The translations under genes and the position numbers were made by a program. A DNA stretch of 64,000 bases from Octopus sinensis (taxonomy: Eukaryota): assembly GCF_006345805.1 (NCBI RefSeq), contig NC_043002.1, forward strand, positions 13,020,001 to 13,084,000, given 5' to 3'. This document shows, piece after piece, positions 26,898 through 40,039 of this stretch. How positions within the stretch are numbered: the stretch's first letter is position 1; each line of letters starts with the position of its first letter. The notes beneath the pieces were generated by a model. The model saw nothing but the letters and a program-made list of their open reading frames with translations. It was not told the DNA's origin and ran no database searches.

Positions 26898-27062
<165 letters not shown>

Positions 27063-27172
27063 ATCCAAACATGAACAAAGAGAAAGCACAACAAAGCGAG
27101 GACGTGGAACAAGTATAATGTTATTGGACGCTCAGGAAAGGAAAGAAAGAAGATATATGTATATATATATAT

Positions 27173-27224
<52 letters not shown>

Positions 27225-27840
27225 GAGAGATACTACATACATACATACATACATACATACATACATACATACATACATACATACATACGTACGTACGTGC
27301 GTACGTACGTGCGTACGTACATACATACATACATACACACATACATACATACATACATACATACATACATACATACATACATACATACATGAGTGTAAGT
27401 GTGTATGTGTGTGTGTGTGCGCGTGTGTGTGTGCACGTTAAATTGTCAGATGTGTGTTAATGAGCTGTTGCCGTGTATATGTGTGACGCTCAGTGATATT
27501 TGTATTCGTAGCGTGTCTACGTGTGTGTGTGTGTGTGTGTTTGTGTGTTTGCTCTCTGTTTAGGAATGTGCTCTTTTATAATTTACTTGTTCCAGTCAAT
27601 GGAGCGTGGCCAGGCTGGAGCACCGATTGAATGGTTTCAGTCGAACACACCAAGCCAAGTACTGCTTGTTTTTTAATCTGATACGTATTCAGTCGGTATA
27701 TCTTGCCAAACCGCTAAGTTACAGGGATATAAGTGAACCAACACAGGTCAAGCGGTGGGTGGAGGTCAAAAACACACGGACATGGAATTATACACACATA
27801 CACACACATAGACCAACACGTGTGTAGGTGTGTATATATG

Positions 27841-27891
<51 letters not shown>

Positions 27892-27979
27892 GGAGAAGAT
27901 AGGCAAAAACACAAAGACGAAGACAGGTGGTGCACAAAACAAACAGATGTATTAGTATAACGCTCAGGAATAGAAAAAG

Positions 27980-28017
27980 TCTATTACGTTTCGAGCCTAC
28001 GCTCTTCTACAGAAAGG
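27980..28017 (-). ncRNA. Hammerhead-like variant (CUGUAGA core)
   Basis: CTGTAGA-A-GAGC-gtag-GCTC-GAAA-CG-TA; A6 replaced by U, weak stem I; lies in a short element flanked by (TA)n. Confidence 0.4.
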
Positions 28018-28459
28018 GTCACAGAAAAAACAAGGAGATATATATATGTGTGTGTGTATGTATATATGCATGTATGTATACCATTATTCAGCTTCACTTC
28101 ACGATTTCTTGCCAATAGAGAAAGAATTTCAGCATCAGCGACAGGGTATCTTTGTAGGTATGTATGTACATATGTATACATTTACATACATACACGCATA
28201 TATGCGTGTGTGTGTGTGTATGTATATATGTGCGTGTGTGTGTACACCAAATTCACTTACAACACATTGGTCATCCCGAGGCTAAACTATAAGACACTTG
28301 TCCAAGGTGCTCCACAGTGGAACTGAACTCAAAAACATGTGTTTGCGAAGCGTGCTTCTTAACCACACCGCCAGCGCCTGAAATGTCTCTGGAGGGGTGC
28401 TTTGAATTTTTTCCTAGACTCTTCTTGTACGTATGTGTATGTGTGTATACAATGTGGCT

Positions 28460-28819
28460 TATTCTTTAGTTATTTCAGTCATTTGACTGTGGCCATGCTG
28501 GAGCACCGCCTTTAGTCGAGCAAACTGACACTAAGATGTATTCTTTGTAAGCCTAGTATTTATTCTATTGGTCTCTTTTGCCGAACTGCCAACTTACGGG
28601 GACGTAAACACACCAGCATCGGCTGTCAAGCGATGTTAGGGGGACAAACACCGACGACGGGCTTCTTTCAGTTTCCGTCCCCCAAACCCACTCACAAGGC
28701 TTTGGTCGGCCCGAGGCTATAGTAGAAGACACTCACCCAAGGTGCCACGCAGTGAGACTGAAGCAGGAACCAAGTGGTTGGTAATCAAGCTACTTACCAC
28801 ACAGCCACACTTGCGCCTA
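28460..28819 (-). mobile_element. SINE family B (lacking central microsatellite)
   Basis: Diagnostic B segments joined directly. Confidence 0.75.
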
Positions 28820-29329
28820 TGTGTAATTTCCGAATATTTACACAATACGCATGTGAAGCAGACCATTTGTTGGACATCCTGTAAGACAAAAAACAAAATC
28901 TTTTAAATGGTGGATGAGCCCCATTAGAATCAATGGCCATCCAATTTTATGGGTCTTTAATAGGTCAAGTAACTCTTAGCGCTATTGGTAACATGTAATC
29001 CGGTACAATGTCAGTCTGTCGGAAACTAAACCGGTAACCCTTCGAAGCGCCTGCCTGTTAGGAGGGTGAACTTTGTTGGATACCTTGTAAGACGAAAAAC
29101 AAAACCTGTTAAAGAGCGTATGAACTCACTAGGGTCAACGCCAATCTAACTCTATGAATCTTTAAGTGTTGTGAGAATAAATATTTGAGGTGGTGACCAG
29201 TGCCGTATATCCAACTTCAATGAGGGCAAATAGGACTCTTGGATGTCATGATGGATTATCTGTCTAGCTTTGGTAACACGATATAATTACTGATTTGTTG
29301 TAACCTCAAAATAACTGAATTATGAGAGA

Positions 29330-29950
29330 AATGTTAACGATGAGAAATAACCATGGCGATGTTAATGAAGCTGGAAGTTTTAGCAAAGGTTCGCTTCCGG
29401 TGGATGTCCTGTGGAACAGCACCGCAGGCCCGGCCGTAATCAAGTTACTACTTAACCTCAATAGCGAAAGACATTAAAATTGATGAAAGAATAAACTAAA
29501 TTGTTTGAAGGTTATATTAGGGTTGATCTAAGCAAAAGAGGCTATGAGAACAGGTTGTTAGGGCCCTGGAAAAATATTATCCATATGAAGAGCTGAAGGA
29601 TGTGAATGGACAAGTATTGGTTGATCATATCAGACAAATTAAAACCAAAATGGGGTTAGAGAAGAAGGAAGCAGAGAAGGTTGGAATGGAAGTAAGAAAG
29701 GAGCTGTAAGGGACTACTGGTCCAGAAAAAATATCCATAGATTAGGAGAATGTACAAAGCTAGAATATGGAAGGTGGGAATCTACAATATATAGGAGACA
29801 ATAGCGTTCCTCCAGCATGAGTGTCACTGGAAGAAATTAGTCCAGGACTAGCTACTTTTAATGACAGAATTCTGGAAATAATATTCCTCAGGGAAAGGAG
29901 GTTAACATCACAGATGTGGTGTGAAAGAGCAAAACTAAGATCAGAACTCA
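29330..29950 (+). mobile_element. N-terminal remnant of an R4/Dong-like element
   Basis: Degenerate ...SKRGYENRLL...VLVDHIRQIKTK segment resembling the N-terminal domain of this clade; same strand as the C-terminus at 30880-31700. Confidence 0.5.
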
Positions 29951-30273
29951 GGGAAGAGAATGGAGTTGTCTGAATGTCCCAATTAAAGAAACCACTCGGT
30001 TAACTTCCTTGGTATGTGACACTGCCTGTGTCATCACAGAGATGACAATGTTTAAAGGAAAGAAAGTAGAGACAGAAATAAACATTTTTGCCAAAGGGGA
30101 ATAAAAGAAAGCATCAATACAAAGAGAATGACTCTCCCTAGATTTGAGATTTGGGTGCAGCCTGCATAAATCAAAGCTAAGCAAATAACAACAACAAATA
30201 TAATAACAATAAGATCATCAATAATGATAACAACATAAACAACAACAACAACAACAATAATAATAATAACTAC

Positions 30274-30823
30274 AATGCTCTGATGTAGTACCACGCAGCG
30301 GCTCTCAGGGCTTCTGATTTTAACTGACTGGAAGTGTTATCATGTACATTGTTCTGTCTTGGTATAAAAGATGGGCTACAACAAATATTCTGCTCAATAC
30401 CAGAGATTTGCTTATCAGTTGTTTGACCTTAATCAGTTGAGTATGTCCCTTAGTGGCTGACGATATGTGCATCTCTGATCACGAGCAGAAGTAGTGGGGG
30501 TGCATCATAACCATGTGTTGAGAAGAATTCTTTGGGATTTGAATAACTCACCTCCGGAAACATGGGTGTTTCCCTCAATACGCTTAAACAACCCTTATTC
30601 ATGGACCTGTTGAACGAGATGGGCGACTCGACCTAAAGAAAATTCTAACTAAAGACCACCTGCAAAGTCATGCGCTGTTTATCTTGATAATGGATCACCA
30701 TATCGCCAACAAATGGTTGTGATGCATGTGCATGGTGTACCCTTATCAGACGGGTAGTCATGATGAGTATTCATGTATTTTACCCCAGTGTCACTTTGAT
30801 GGCATGCACTGCTCTCTCACTCA
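30274..30823 (+). mobile_element. Family E element
   Basis: Reverse complement of 12941-13498; preceded by (CAA/TAA)n. Confidence 0.85.
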
Positions 30824-30879
30824 ATACTAATAGCAAAATAGGTAATAAAACAATAAATAATAATAAAGAATAACAGAAG

Positions 30880-31700
30880 CTAGAAGGTCTGGTTCATTAG
30901 TAGTAGTTAAAGAGAATAGAAAGATGAAGAGAATATAAACTGCCAGTTAATTGAATTTACAGTCCCAAATGATGAAAATATTAATATGAAAAGTAGAGAA
31001 AACAGTAAATTACCAGGACCTAGCTATTGAATTATAGAGACTATGGAAAGTTGGGGTAAAACGTATCCCAGTAGTTATAGGTGCATTGGGAACTATCCCT
31101 AAATATCTGAACAGATGGGTAGAGGAAATAGGTATAAAATCCAATTAATTAAGGCGGCGAGCTGGCAGAAACGTTAGCACGCCGGGCGAAATGCTTAGCG
31201 GTATTTTGTCTGCCGTTACGTTCTGAGTTCAAATTCCGCCGAGGTAGACTTTGCCTTTCATCCTTTCGGGGTCGATAAATTAAGTATCAGTTACGCACTG
31301 GGGTTGATGTAATCGACTTAATACCTGTGTCTGTCCTTGTTTGCTCCCTCTATGTTTAGCCCCTTGTGGGTAATAAAGAAATAGGTATTTCGTCTGCCGT
31401 TACGTTCTGAGTTCAAATTCCGCCGAGGTAGACTTTGGCTTTCATCCTTTCGAGGTCGATAAATTAAGTACTAGTTACGCACTGGGGTCGATGTAATCGA
31501 CTTAATACCTATGTCTGTCCTTGTTTGTCCCCTCTATGTTTAGCCCCTTGTGGGTAATAAAGAAATAGGTATAAAATCCAGTTTAGGACAGCTGCAGAAA
31601 ACAGTGTTATTAGGGGACAGCTAGGATTCTTAAAAAGGGTTCTTGGCATCAAGGGTTACTTGTTGCTGTCCGATCTTAGGATTCTTTTTTTTTTTCCAAC
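30880..31700 (+). mobile_element. C-terminal endonuclease end of an R4/Dong-like element, split by a SINE dimer
   Basis: LIEFTVPNDEN...YQDLAIEL...IPVVIGALGTIPKYL...GIKSSLGQLQKTVLLG. Confidence 0.75.
31151..31567 (+). mobile_element. SINE family A head-to-tail dimer with 19-bp TSD
   Basis: Second unit starts at the internal GGTATTTCGTC (31384); gaaataggtataaaatcca at 31125-31143 and 31562-31580. Confidence 0.9.
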
Positions 31701-31765
31701 AGTCTAATCTGTTGAGTGTATATGAAAATAGTAACCAGAACGACGACGACGACGACGACGACGAC

Positions 31766-31825
<60 letters not shown>

Positions 31826-32328
31826 GATGATAATGATGATGATGACGACGATAGACGAGCAGAAACAAAGGAGAACAAAAGTCAAGGAACACCTATTTAA
31901 GTTTATGAAAAGGTTTTAGGGATAGAAACTGGCCATTTATATAAAAAACACTTCAGAGAACATATTATGTATTCTTTGAGAATATATAAAAGGAAAACGC
32001 GTTAGTAAGAGTGACTGGTGGTATTATGAAAGTTAACGTCAGTGGGTCTCATCAAACAGTGTCATCTGTGTAAACATATGAAAGTATGGACAGAATATTT
32101 AAGACAAACACTCCTAAAGGAAGAAGAAAGAAATAAAAGGTTGTGTCAATACTTCTTTCTTTCTCTTTTATTTAATCAGAATTCTTTGGTTTAACGGGGG
32201 AACAACACTCTAAAATAGAAGTTATAATGAAAAGGGTTTGGAAATATAAGAAGTAGCGGTACAAAATGATAAGAAAAACAACGGGACCACAAGTAGTGCT
32301 AGTAATAGTAGTAGTAGTAGTAGTAGTA

Positions 32329-32373
<45 letters not shown>

Positions 32374-32487
32374 ACAGTTTTAGAAGCGGACTACTGCCCT
32401 TAAACTGTATTAATGCGTAACTATTCATAGAGGTGCTCTAACAGATCCAAGCTGAGTTGGGATGATCTTCATTAAACCCGCGATATA

Positions 32488-32547
<60 letters not shown>

Positions 32548-32655
32548 GTTCAGCAAAATTTAGATTCAGATGAATATGGTACTTAAGTTAAAGGCACCAG
32601 AATTTTGTATGGTATTATCCATATAAATCAAATGGGGTGATTATAATCAAAATAT

Positions 32656-32816
32656 GCAACAAGGATATCCGAGGTAGTGTAGTACAATTATTTCATGCTA
32701 CTTCATTTTATTAAACACTGTAAGTATTACATCACTTTGATGTAATTCTTACAGTGTTTAATAATATGAAGTAGCATGAAACAATTGTACTACACTACCT
32801 TGGATACCCTTGTTGC
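32656..32816. repeat. Long inverted repeat, 79-bp arms, 3-nt loop, within an insert flanked by (TA)n
   Basis: 32656-32734 versus 32738-32816, five mismatches. Confidence 0.95.
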
Positions 32817-32841
32817 TTATTTTGAGTATATATATATATAT

Positions 32842-33271
32842 GGGCAAAGGCGTGGCTGTGTAATAAATAACTTGCTTACCAACCACATGGTTCCGGATTC
32901 TGTTCCCCTGCGTGGCACCTTGGGCAGGTGTTTTCTACTATAGCTTCGGGCCGACCAAAGCCTTGTGAGTGGATTTGGTAGACGGAAACAGAAAGAAGCC
33001 CGTCGTATAAATGTATATATATATATATATGTATATGTGTGTGTGTGTGTGTGTGTGTATGCGTTTGTGTTTGTACCCCCCAACACCGCTTGACAACCGA
33101 TGCTGGTGTGTTTACGTCACCGTAACTTAGCGGTTCGGCAAAAGAACCCGATAGAATAAGTACTAGGCTTAACAAAGAATACGTCCTGGGGTCGACTTCC
33201 TCGACTAAAGTCGGTGTTCCAGCATGGCCGCAGTCAAATGACTGAAACAAGTAAAAGAGTGAAAGAGTGAG

Positions 33272-33272
<1 letters not shown>
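32842..33272 (+). mobile_element. SINE family B, near full length
   Basis: tRNA-like head, CORE-like segment, internal (TA)n(TG)n, aagagt tail. Confidence 0.85.
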
Positions 33273-33314
<42 letters not shown>

Positions 33315-33597
33315 GCACAGGAGTGGCTGCGTAGTAAGTAGCTTGCACAATAAGTTGTTAAATACAAATCCACTTAATGAAAATACTAACATTTATTTTG
33401 TTAGCACTAACCATTCTTTAAATAATAATAACCGCAGGTTTATTGTTTCTGAAGTCAACTCCAACCACACATTCGTTTTCTTAGCATTAATTCTAAGACT
33501 AGAAACTCTATTTATCAATGTAAAATTTCTTCCGATTCTGACGTCTTTTTTTATATAGGTAGTTCTTCATCTCAGATGTCCAAAAGAATATCTAATC

Positions 33598-33715
33598 CTT
33601 ACTCTACATTTAGGCATATCAATAAACGTAACAATACTGGGCTTAGTAAATTAATCTGGTATCTAAAAGATCATAATAAACAATTTAATTTGGAATGGAA
33701 TATTCAATATTCTCT
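33598..33715 (+). mobile_element. Penelope-like element C-terminal fragment
   Basis: YSTFRHINKRNNTGLSKLIWYLKDHNKQFNLEWNI, homologous to 22473-22703. Confidence 0.7.
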
Positions 33716-34064
33716 CAATTTCTTTGCTTTATTACAAAGGTAAATCTTTTTGCTTGCTTTGTATTAGTGAATTGCTTTTATCCCATTCTGCAAACATTGG
33801 CAGAAGCATACCTTTAGTTCCTATAAATGATTTCTACCATTCTACAAAATTAGACCTTTGACTGTCTTCTTACATTTCACTTCTACTAAATATATCTACT
33901 TCCATGCCTTTAAGCTTTATTCTAATTCACCTATCGCTCTATATCTCTCCACTATTAGTTTTCTGCTAATTTCTTTCTTTCTCCTTCTCTTTCTATAAAC
34001 TACCTTTGACGTTATATCTACTAACGGTTTTTTTATTCATAGCGTTCGCTTCATCATATATTAA

Positions 34065-35088
34065 CCAAGTTAATGGTTCGCGGTCCGACGTCTCCAGTGC
34101 GAGCAGTGGCGTGCCTCAAGGTTCAGTGCTTGGGCCCTTGTTGTTCTTAGTCTTCATAAATGACTTGCCCGACAACCTCACGCAACACACCCTTCTATTT
34201 GCCGACGATATCAAACTGGTCGCTCCTCGCGGTGATATAGAGGATCTTCGTCGATGCCTCCACCAAATTTGGAAGTGGTATAACGATTGGGACCTGTGTC
34301 TGAACGTGTCAAAGTGCTGTCATCTGCCTGTTGGCTCTCCTCCTGCAACTCAACTTGATTTCGAGCCGGGTCGTCTGCTGCTGGAGAGGACCGATCAGGT
34401 AAAGGACCTGGGTATCTTGGTGGATTCCTCCTTTTCGCCTTCGGCCCAGTGCATCCATGCTGCCAACAAAGCACGCGGAATTCTGTTCTTGATTCGACGG
34501 TCATTCAGAATGCTCACAGTAGCCATATTCCTACCACTCTATGTCACGCTGGTGAGTCCCATATTGGAGTATGGGATTCAAGCCTCTTCTCCTTATCTCC
34601 TCAAAGACATACAGCATCTCGAAAGAGTCCAGAAGCTGGCTACCCGCATGGTTCATGGTCTCAATAATTTGTCCTACGAAGAAAGGCTGAGGACGCTCGA
34701 CCTTTATTCTCTTGAAAAACGCCGCCGCCGTGGTGATCTCATTCTCGCCCACAACATCATAAGCGGAAAGTGTAACCTCTCGAAGGAGCTGTTCTTCACT
34801 CCTGCTCCAGAGCGTCGGCTGCGGGGTCATTCCGAAAAGCTCTACCTGCGATGATTTCATCTCAATCGAAGGAGAGGAGCAATCTCCGTCCGGGTTGCGG
34901 ATCCATGGAACAAGCTGCCAGACGAGATGGTGAAGATGCCGACGACCGCTTTGTTCAAAGCCTCCCTGGACCTCAAGTGGCCTGAACTCTTTACATGAAC
35001 ACCACCCTGTACTTAACTCCATGTCCCCCTACATGGCCTTGCTATTTGCTTTTGAGCCAATTTAACTAACTAACTAACTAACTAACTA
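34065..35088 (+). mobile_element. 5'-truncated CR1-like LINE with (TAAC)n tail
   Basis: SGVPQGSVLGPLLFLVFINDLP...LFADDIKL...SYEERLRTLDLYSLEKRRRRGDL; one in-frame TGA near the end; taactaac tail at 35063-35088. Confidence 0.92.
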
Positions 35089-35147
35089 GCATATACGCTG
35101 TCATCACATTCTGATTAAATGTCCTATTGATGTGTTTGGTTTCTTTC

Positions 35148-35235
35148 TTTCCCTGATGAGAAGATTGCATTGTTTTACACCATTTTATTCCTTCAGGAAT
35201 AATACCAATGTTGTCTGCGAAACATATGTCGGAGG
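35148..35235 (+). ncRNA. Canonical type-I hammerhead ribozyme motif
   Basis: tttcc-CTGATGA-G...C-GAAA-CATATG-TC-ggagg: full CUGANGA/GAAA core, G10.1-C11.1 pair, 5-bp stem I, ACATATGT palindrome, GUC cleavage triplet at 35228-35230. Confidence 0.8.
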
Positions 35236-35947
35236 TAAAAGTATTTGAATAACACCTGCGATTAACTCCATATATTTATTTATCTATATTTTACAAAACA
35301 TTACACCTAAACCAAGAGTTTCTACCTTTATAAATAGGTTGTTACATCCTTCTTACATGTGTGAATTTTTGCTACCCTGGTAACTGCTTATTCATTTTTT
35401 CCGTATTATTTGTAAACACCGGAAGGAACACACATACATTTATATGCATATATATATACATACATATATAGCATATACACATATATATATGTATATATAT
35501 ATATATATGTATATGCATATATATATACATACATATATAGCATATACACATATATATATGTATATATATATATGTATATGCATATATATACATACATGTG
35601 TGTATGTATGTATATACATGTTTGTGTATGTATTTATATGTGTGTATGTGTTTTTGTGTATGTATGTATGTATGTATGTATTTATGCAGCTTCGTTTGAA
35701 ATTTTTATCGTTTCCCTACAGAAACACATTTAACTCACACATGGTCAGACGCCCGTGCCCCCCACATATGCACATGCTTATGCACATGTGACATACACTT
35801 ATATATACATATATACACACACATACATACAAGTATACACACACATATATATGCTATAGTTACGCGCGTGTGTGTGTGCATGTGTGGGCGCTTACGTATG
35901 TATACAATTCAAAGATAACACATTTTTGACAAGCAATCTCTTTTATC

Positions 35948-36051
35948 TTTATTCTTTCACGTTTTTTAATGAAGTTTTAACAATAAAGTAACTATTCATG
36001 GTCAATACGTTCTGACAGATTCGAACCTAAGAACCCATGAAGCGTTTTATT
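35948..36051 (-). other. Candidate polyadenylation signals of gene B
   Basis: AATAAA on the minus strand at 36051-36046 and 35953-35948; the latter is followed by a GT-rich stretch (tgtgttatctttg). Confidence 0.4.
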
Positions 36052-36302
36052 ATTCAGAAAGTGAACCATGTGTTGAATTACTTCAAATTCTCTCTCAACC
36101 GTCTCTTGATTTGTTAACGTTGGCTGCTATTTTCGTCAGAACATGAAAACTAATAATGAAAATATATGGTTTGCTGTGTTTTTTTTCCTGGTAATCGAAG
36201 CAAAATTCCAGTTTCTAATTGTATAGGACTTTCTCTATACAAGAGTACATCATTTGTCTCAATAATTTTAAATGCTGCGAAACGAAAAAATTTCGTTTTC
36301 TC

Positions 36303-36496
36303 TCAGCATTTGACATCTGGGGCTTCCCACGGTTGCACGCAGGCCTGGGCTTTTTTCGAGAAAACAAGATCTGGAGAGCATGCTTTAGGCGAATCTAAAC
36401 CGCCTTGGCATTGATAATATCTGTGACAATCTGTAGGATTTGGGATTAAATGTGTTCCTTCATTCCGACATCTTTCTCCAATTTTAAGCAGATTAC
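36303..36496 (-). CDS. Gene B exon 3 (terminal): CBM14 domain 3 and stop (not in ORF track)
   Basis: Acceptor tttttctgtctttctattaacAG at 36498-36497. (R)NLLKIGERCRNEGTHLIPNPTDCHRYYQCQGGLDSPKACSPDLVFSKKAQACVQPWEAPDVKC followed by TGA at 36305-36303. Spacing C-x13-C-x5-C-x9-C-x12-C-x10-C. Confidence 0.9.
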
Positions 36497-37009
36497 CTGT
36501 TAATAGAAAGACAGAAAAATTATTTCATGTAGTGTCTTCGTTTCAAATTACAAATTTTGGTACAAAGCGAGCAATTTCGGAGGAGGGGAAAACTAATTAC
36601 ATTGACTCAAATGCTAAACTGGTACTTATTTAATCGACCCCGAAAGGATGAAAACAAAGTTGACATTTGTTAAATTTGAACTCCGCACGTAAAGACGGAC
36701 GAAATGCTCCTAAGCATGCTTTTGGTCCGGCGTACTATCAATTCTACCAACACCGCCATCTTGTTTATTTATATTGGATCAAAACACCCACCGAATTTAT
36801 TTGGGGCCATGTGTAGCCCCGCTAGAGGCTAAATAAACACAGCGACCAATACCAGGTCCCTAGTGCTTCTATTAACAAATCGGAACAATGTTTAAACTAA
36901 AATAACAACAACAAACTAGTATAAACAAGAGTTTTAAACAGGACTTTCTTCAGCCGTTCGAAGATACGTCTGTCGTGTTCAGCAGTAAATATAATAATAA
37001 TAATAATTT

Positions 37010-37395
37010 CTACTCAAGACACAAGGCCTGAAATTTGGGGGGAAGGGGCCAGTCGATTAGAGCGACCCCAGTACACAACTGGTACTTAATTTATCGATCT
37101 CGAAAGTATGAAAGGCAAAGTCGACCACGGCGGAACTCAGAACGTAGCGGCAGACGAAATACCTATTTCTTTACTACCCACAAGGGGCTAAACACAGAGG
37201 CGATAAACAAAGACAGACAGACAGATTAAGTCGATTATATCGACCCCAGTGCGTAACTGGTACTTAATTTATCGACCCCGAAAGGATTAAAGGCAAAGTT
37301 GACCTCGGCGGAATTTGAACTCAGAACGTAACGGCAGACGAAATACGGCTACGCATTTCGCCCGGCGTGCTAACGTCTCTGCCAGCTCGCCACCT
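37010..37395 (-). mobile_element. SINE family A dimer (standard unit plus variant-tail unit) in gene B intron 2
   Basis: Junction aagaaata|ggtatttcgtc at 37164/37163. Confidence 0.85.
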
Positions 37396-37418
37396 TAATA
37401 ATAATAATAATAATAATA

Positions 37419-37451
<33 letters not shown>

Positions 37452-37812
37452 TAATGGTTTAGTTTCAATTTTTTGGCACATGTAAGCAATATTAGGAGAA
37501 GTTAGTTGATTTCATCGACCCCAGCACTTCTGTATATTTTATCAACTTCGAAAGAATGAAAAGTAAAGTTGACCCCTGCGGGATTTGAAATCAGAATGTA
37601 AAGGGACCGAAGAGATGCTGCTAAGCATTCTGTCCGATGCGGCAACAACTCTGCTTGTTGACCATAAAGAGAAATATATACATGGAAGTTACAAAGACGT
37701 GTGGCGTAAGCAAACTAAATCCACAAAAAGGATGGGAGAGAAAGAGATATGCAATATATATAACTGTGTTCGGGTCATTGTGCAGTGTGGTGTGTGTGTG
37801 TGCGTATATACA

Positions 37813-37906
<94 letters not shown>

Positions 37907-38501
37907 AATAATTAAATATAAAATAAATTACAAAGTGGGACAAGAACGCAAAAACACACAAAGAGACAACACAAAAAAACAGACGGGTCACTCGAAGCCT
38001 CTAATCTTCAGTCAGAACCGGGTCATCTTAGCAATTTCGGCTGTTTAATCTCGATATCACTCTGAACCGGCCAGCCCCAAGGAAATACTAAGCCACAGGC
38101 ATTATGATTATATGATTAAAGGAGATAAGCGATCGGGATGGGCCTTATGTAAGGAGAGAAAATAGAAGCTAAATTGTGTTGGCGAGTGAACATATATTTA
38201 CGAATCTGTCACGTGGCTTTCATTTCGATGTTGTCTTTATGTGAAGCAGTATCACTGTTCCTTAACGGTGGTCTTGGATAAAAAGGAAGATCCACTGACA
38301 TAGATAAATAAATAATATTTTGTTTATATTCCACAATGAAATTTAAGGGAAATATTTTTTAATATACGGTATGACATTAAGGCGGCGAGCTGGCAGAATC
38401 GTTAGCACACAGAGAAAAACGCTTCGCAGCATTTCGTCTGTCTTTACGTGCGGGGTTCAAATTTCGCCGATGCTGACTTTACTGTTTATTTTTTCCAATC
38501 G

Positions 38502-38674
38502 TGCAGGAGTGAGTGGCTGTGTAATAAGTAGCTAGCTTACCAACCACATGGTTCCGGGTTCAGTCCCACTGCGTGGCACCTTGGGCAAGTGTCTTCTATT
38601 ATAGCCTCGGGCCGACCAAAGCCTTGTGAGTGGATTTGGTAGACGGAAACTGAAAGAAGCCCGGCATATAAATG

Positions 38675-38705
<31 letters not shown>

Positions 38706-38916
38706 TTATGTGTCTGTGTTTGTCCCCCCAACATCGCTTGACAACCGATGCTGGTGTGTTTACGTCTCCGTAACTTAGCGGTTCGGTAAAAAACCCCGAT
38801 AGAATAAGTACTAGGTTTACAAAGAATTAGTATTGGGGTCGACTTGCTCGACTAAAGGCGGTGCTCCAGCATGGCCACAGTCAAATGACTGAAACAAGTA
38901 AAAGAGTAAAAGAGTA
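38502..38916 (+). mobile_element. SINE family B in gene B intron 2
   Basis: Near full-length match to 32842-33272. Confidence 0.85.
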
Positions 38917-39349
38917 ATCGATAAAATAAGATTCAGTTGAGGACTGGGGTCGATATAATTGACTTTACCCCTCCCGCTAAATCTCTGGTTTTGTGCCAAA
39001 ATTTGAAACCAATACACTAGATAAAATTAAGGCGGTGAGCTGGTAGAATTGATAGTACGCCGGACAAAAAATATGCTTAGGAGCATTTCATCTCTATAAA
39101 AGCGAAATATCTGAAGCTGACCTGGAGTACAGAGAGCATGCCAATGAGAGTACCGCAAACAGCGACGAAAGGACTTCGTCAAGCAGAGCTGATTAATTGA
39201 GTGACGCAATTGTTAATCAAAAAATCCACCAGTTAAATGTTAGCAGAAAAATATGGATGAGTGAGAAATTTTGTAAGAAATTCAGAGAAAGAAGGGCGGA
39301 GAGAAGCATTTTGCGGGAGGAGGTTGAGAGATGATACGCAGTAAGATTC

Positions 39350-39645
39350 ACAGAGTGGAGGCTAAATGGTCCAGTAGTTAGAGCAGCAGACTCGCGGTCG
39401 GAGGATCGCGCTTTCGATTCCCAGACAGGGCGTTATGTGTGTTTATTGAGCGAAAACGCCTAAAAGCTCCTCGACACTCCGGCAGGGGGTGGTAGCGACC
39501 TCCGTTGTACTCTTTCTTCCCGCTTCTTGAGTGACGCTGCGATGGACTGGTGTCCCGTCAAGCTGAGGGGAACACATACGCCACAGAAGGCGGGAAACCG
39601 GGCCCATGAGACCGGCTAGGCTTGAAAAGGGCGCATAAATAAAAA
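39350..39645 (+). mobile_element. SINE family C
   Basis: Homologous to 48015, 50223 and 53967 copies; aaaagggcgcataaat tail. Confidence 0.75.
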
Positions 39646-40039
39646 GATTCACAGAAAGAGTAACATGTCGAGTGGTCCTGGGTTTAAATGGCATGCATGT
39701 AAGTAATCTAGTGAAGTAGAGGCCTTTATAATACGAAGATAAGAGGCAAAGTAAGTAAAGCACCGGATTTGCTCGTGTATCAGTCGCACCCTTAATTTAG
39801 CTTTAAATCTCTATATAAAATTTTTTCCCATCATATTCAAACTTTAGCCCGGGTATAAGCCGCACACCGTTTCTTTTTTTTTTTAGTTAAAATCAAATAA
39901 TACGAGTGTTACTTATACACTTGCAAATCCTGTAATATCTTTAATTCTGTCTTAATTCCAAACTCAATTTAAGTGTCTGAGATTAAGTTACCCTAAACTT
40001 GCCTTCTTAGGAATGTGCACCAGTCTGGCCAGTACTTAC

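Noticed and set aside
31643-31900. Poly-Asp ORF as an acidic biomineralisation protein
   Set aside because: Non-ATG start, no signal peptide, starts inside a LINE 3' end; it is a (GAC/GAT)n tract
32222-32428. Poly-Thr ORF as a mucin-like exon of the chitin-binding genes
   Set aside because: (TAG)n microsatellite, downstream of the gene B stop, no convincing splice sites
34211-35022. Additional overlapping ORFs around the CR1 element
   Set aside because: Antisense or alternate-frame shadows of a GC-richer RT sequence
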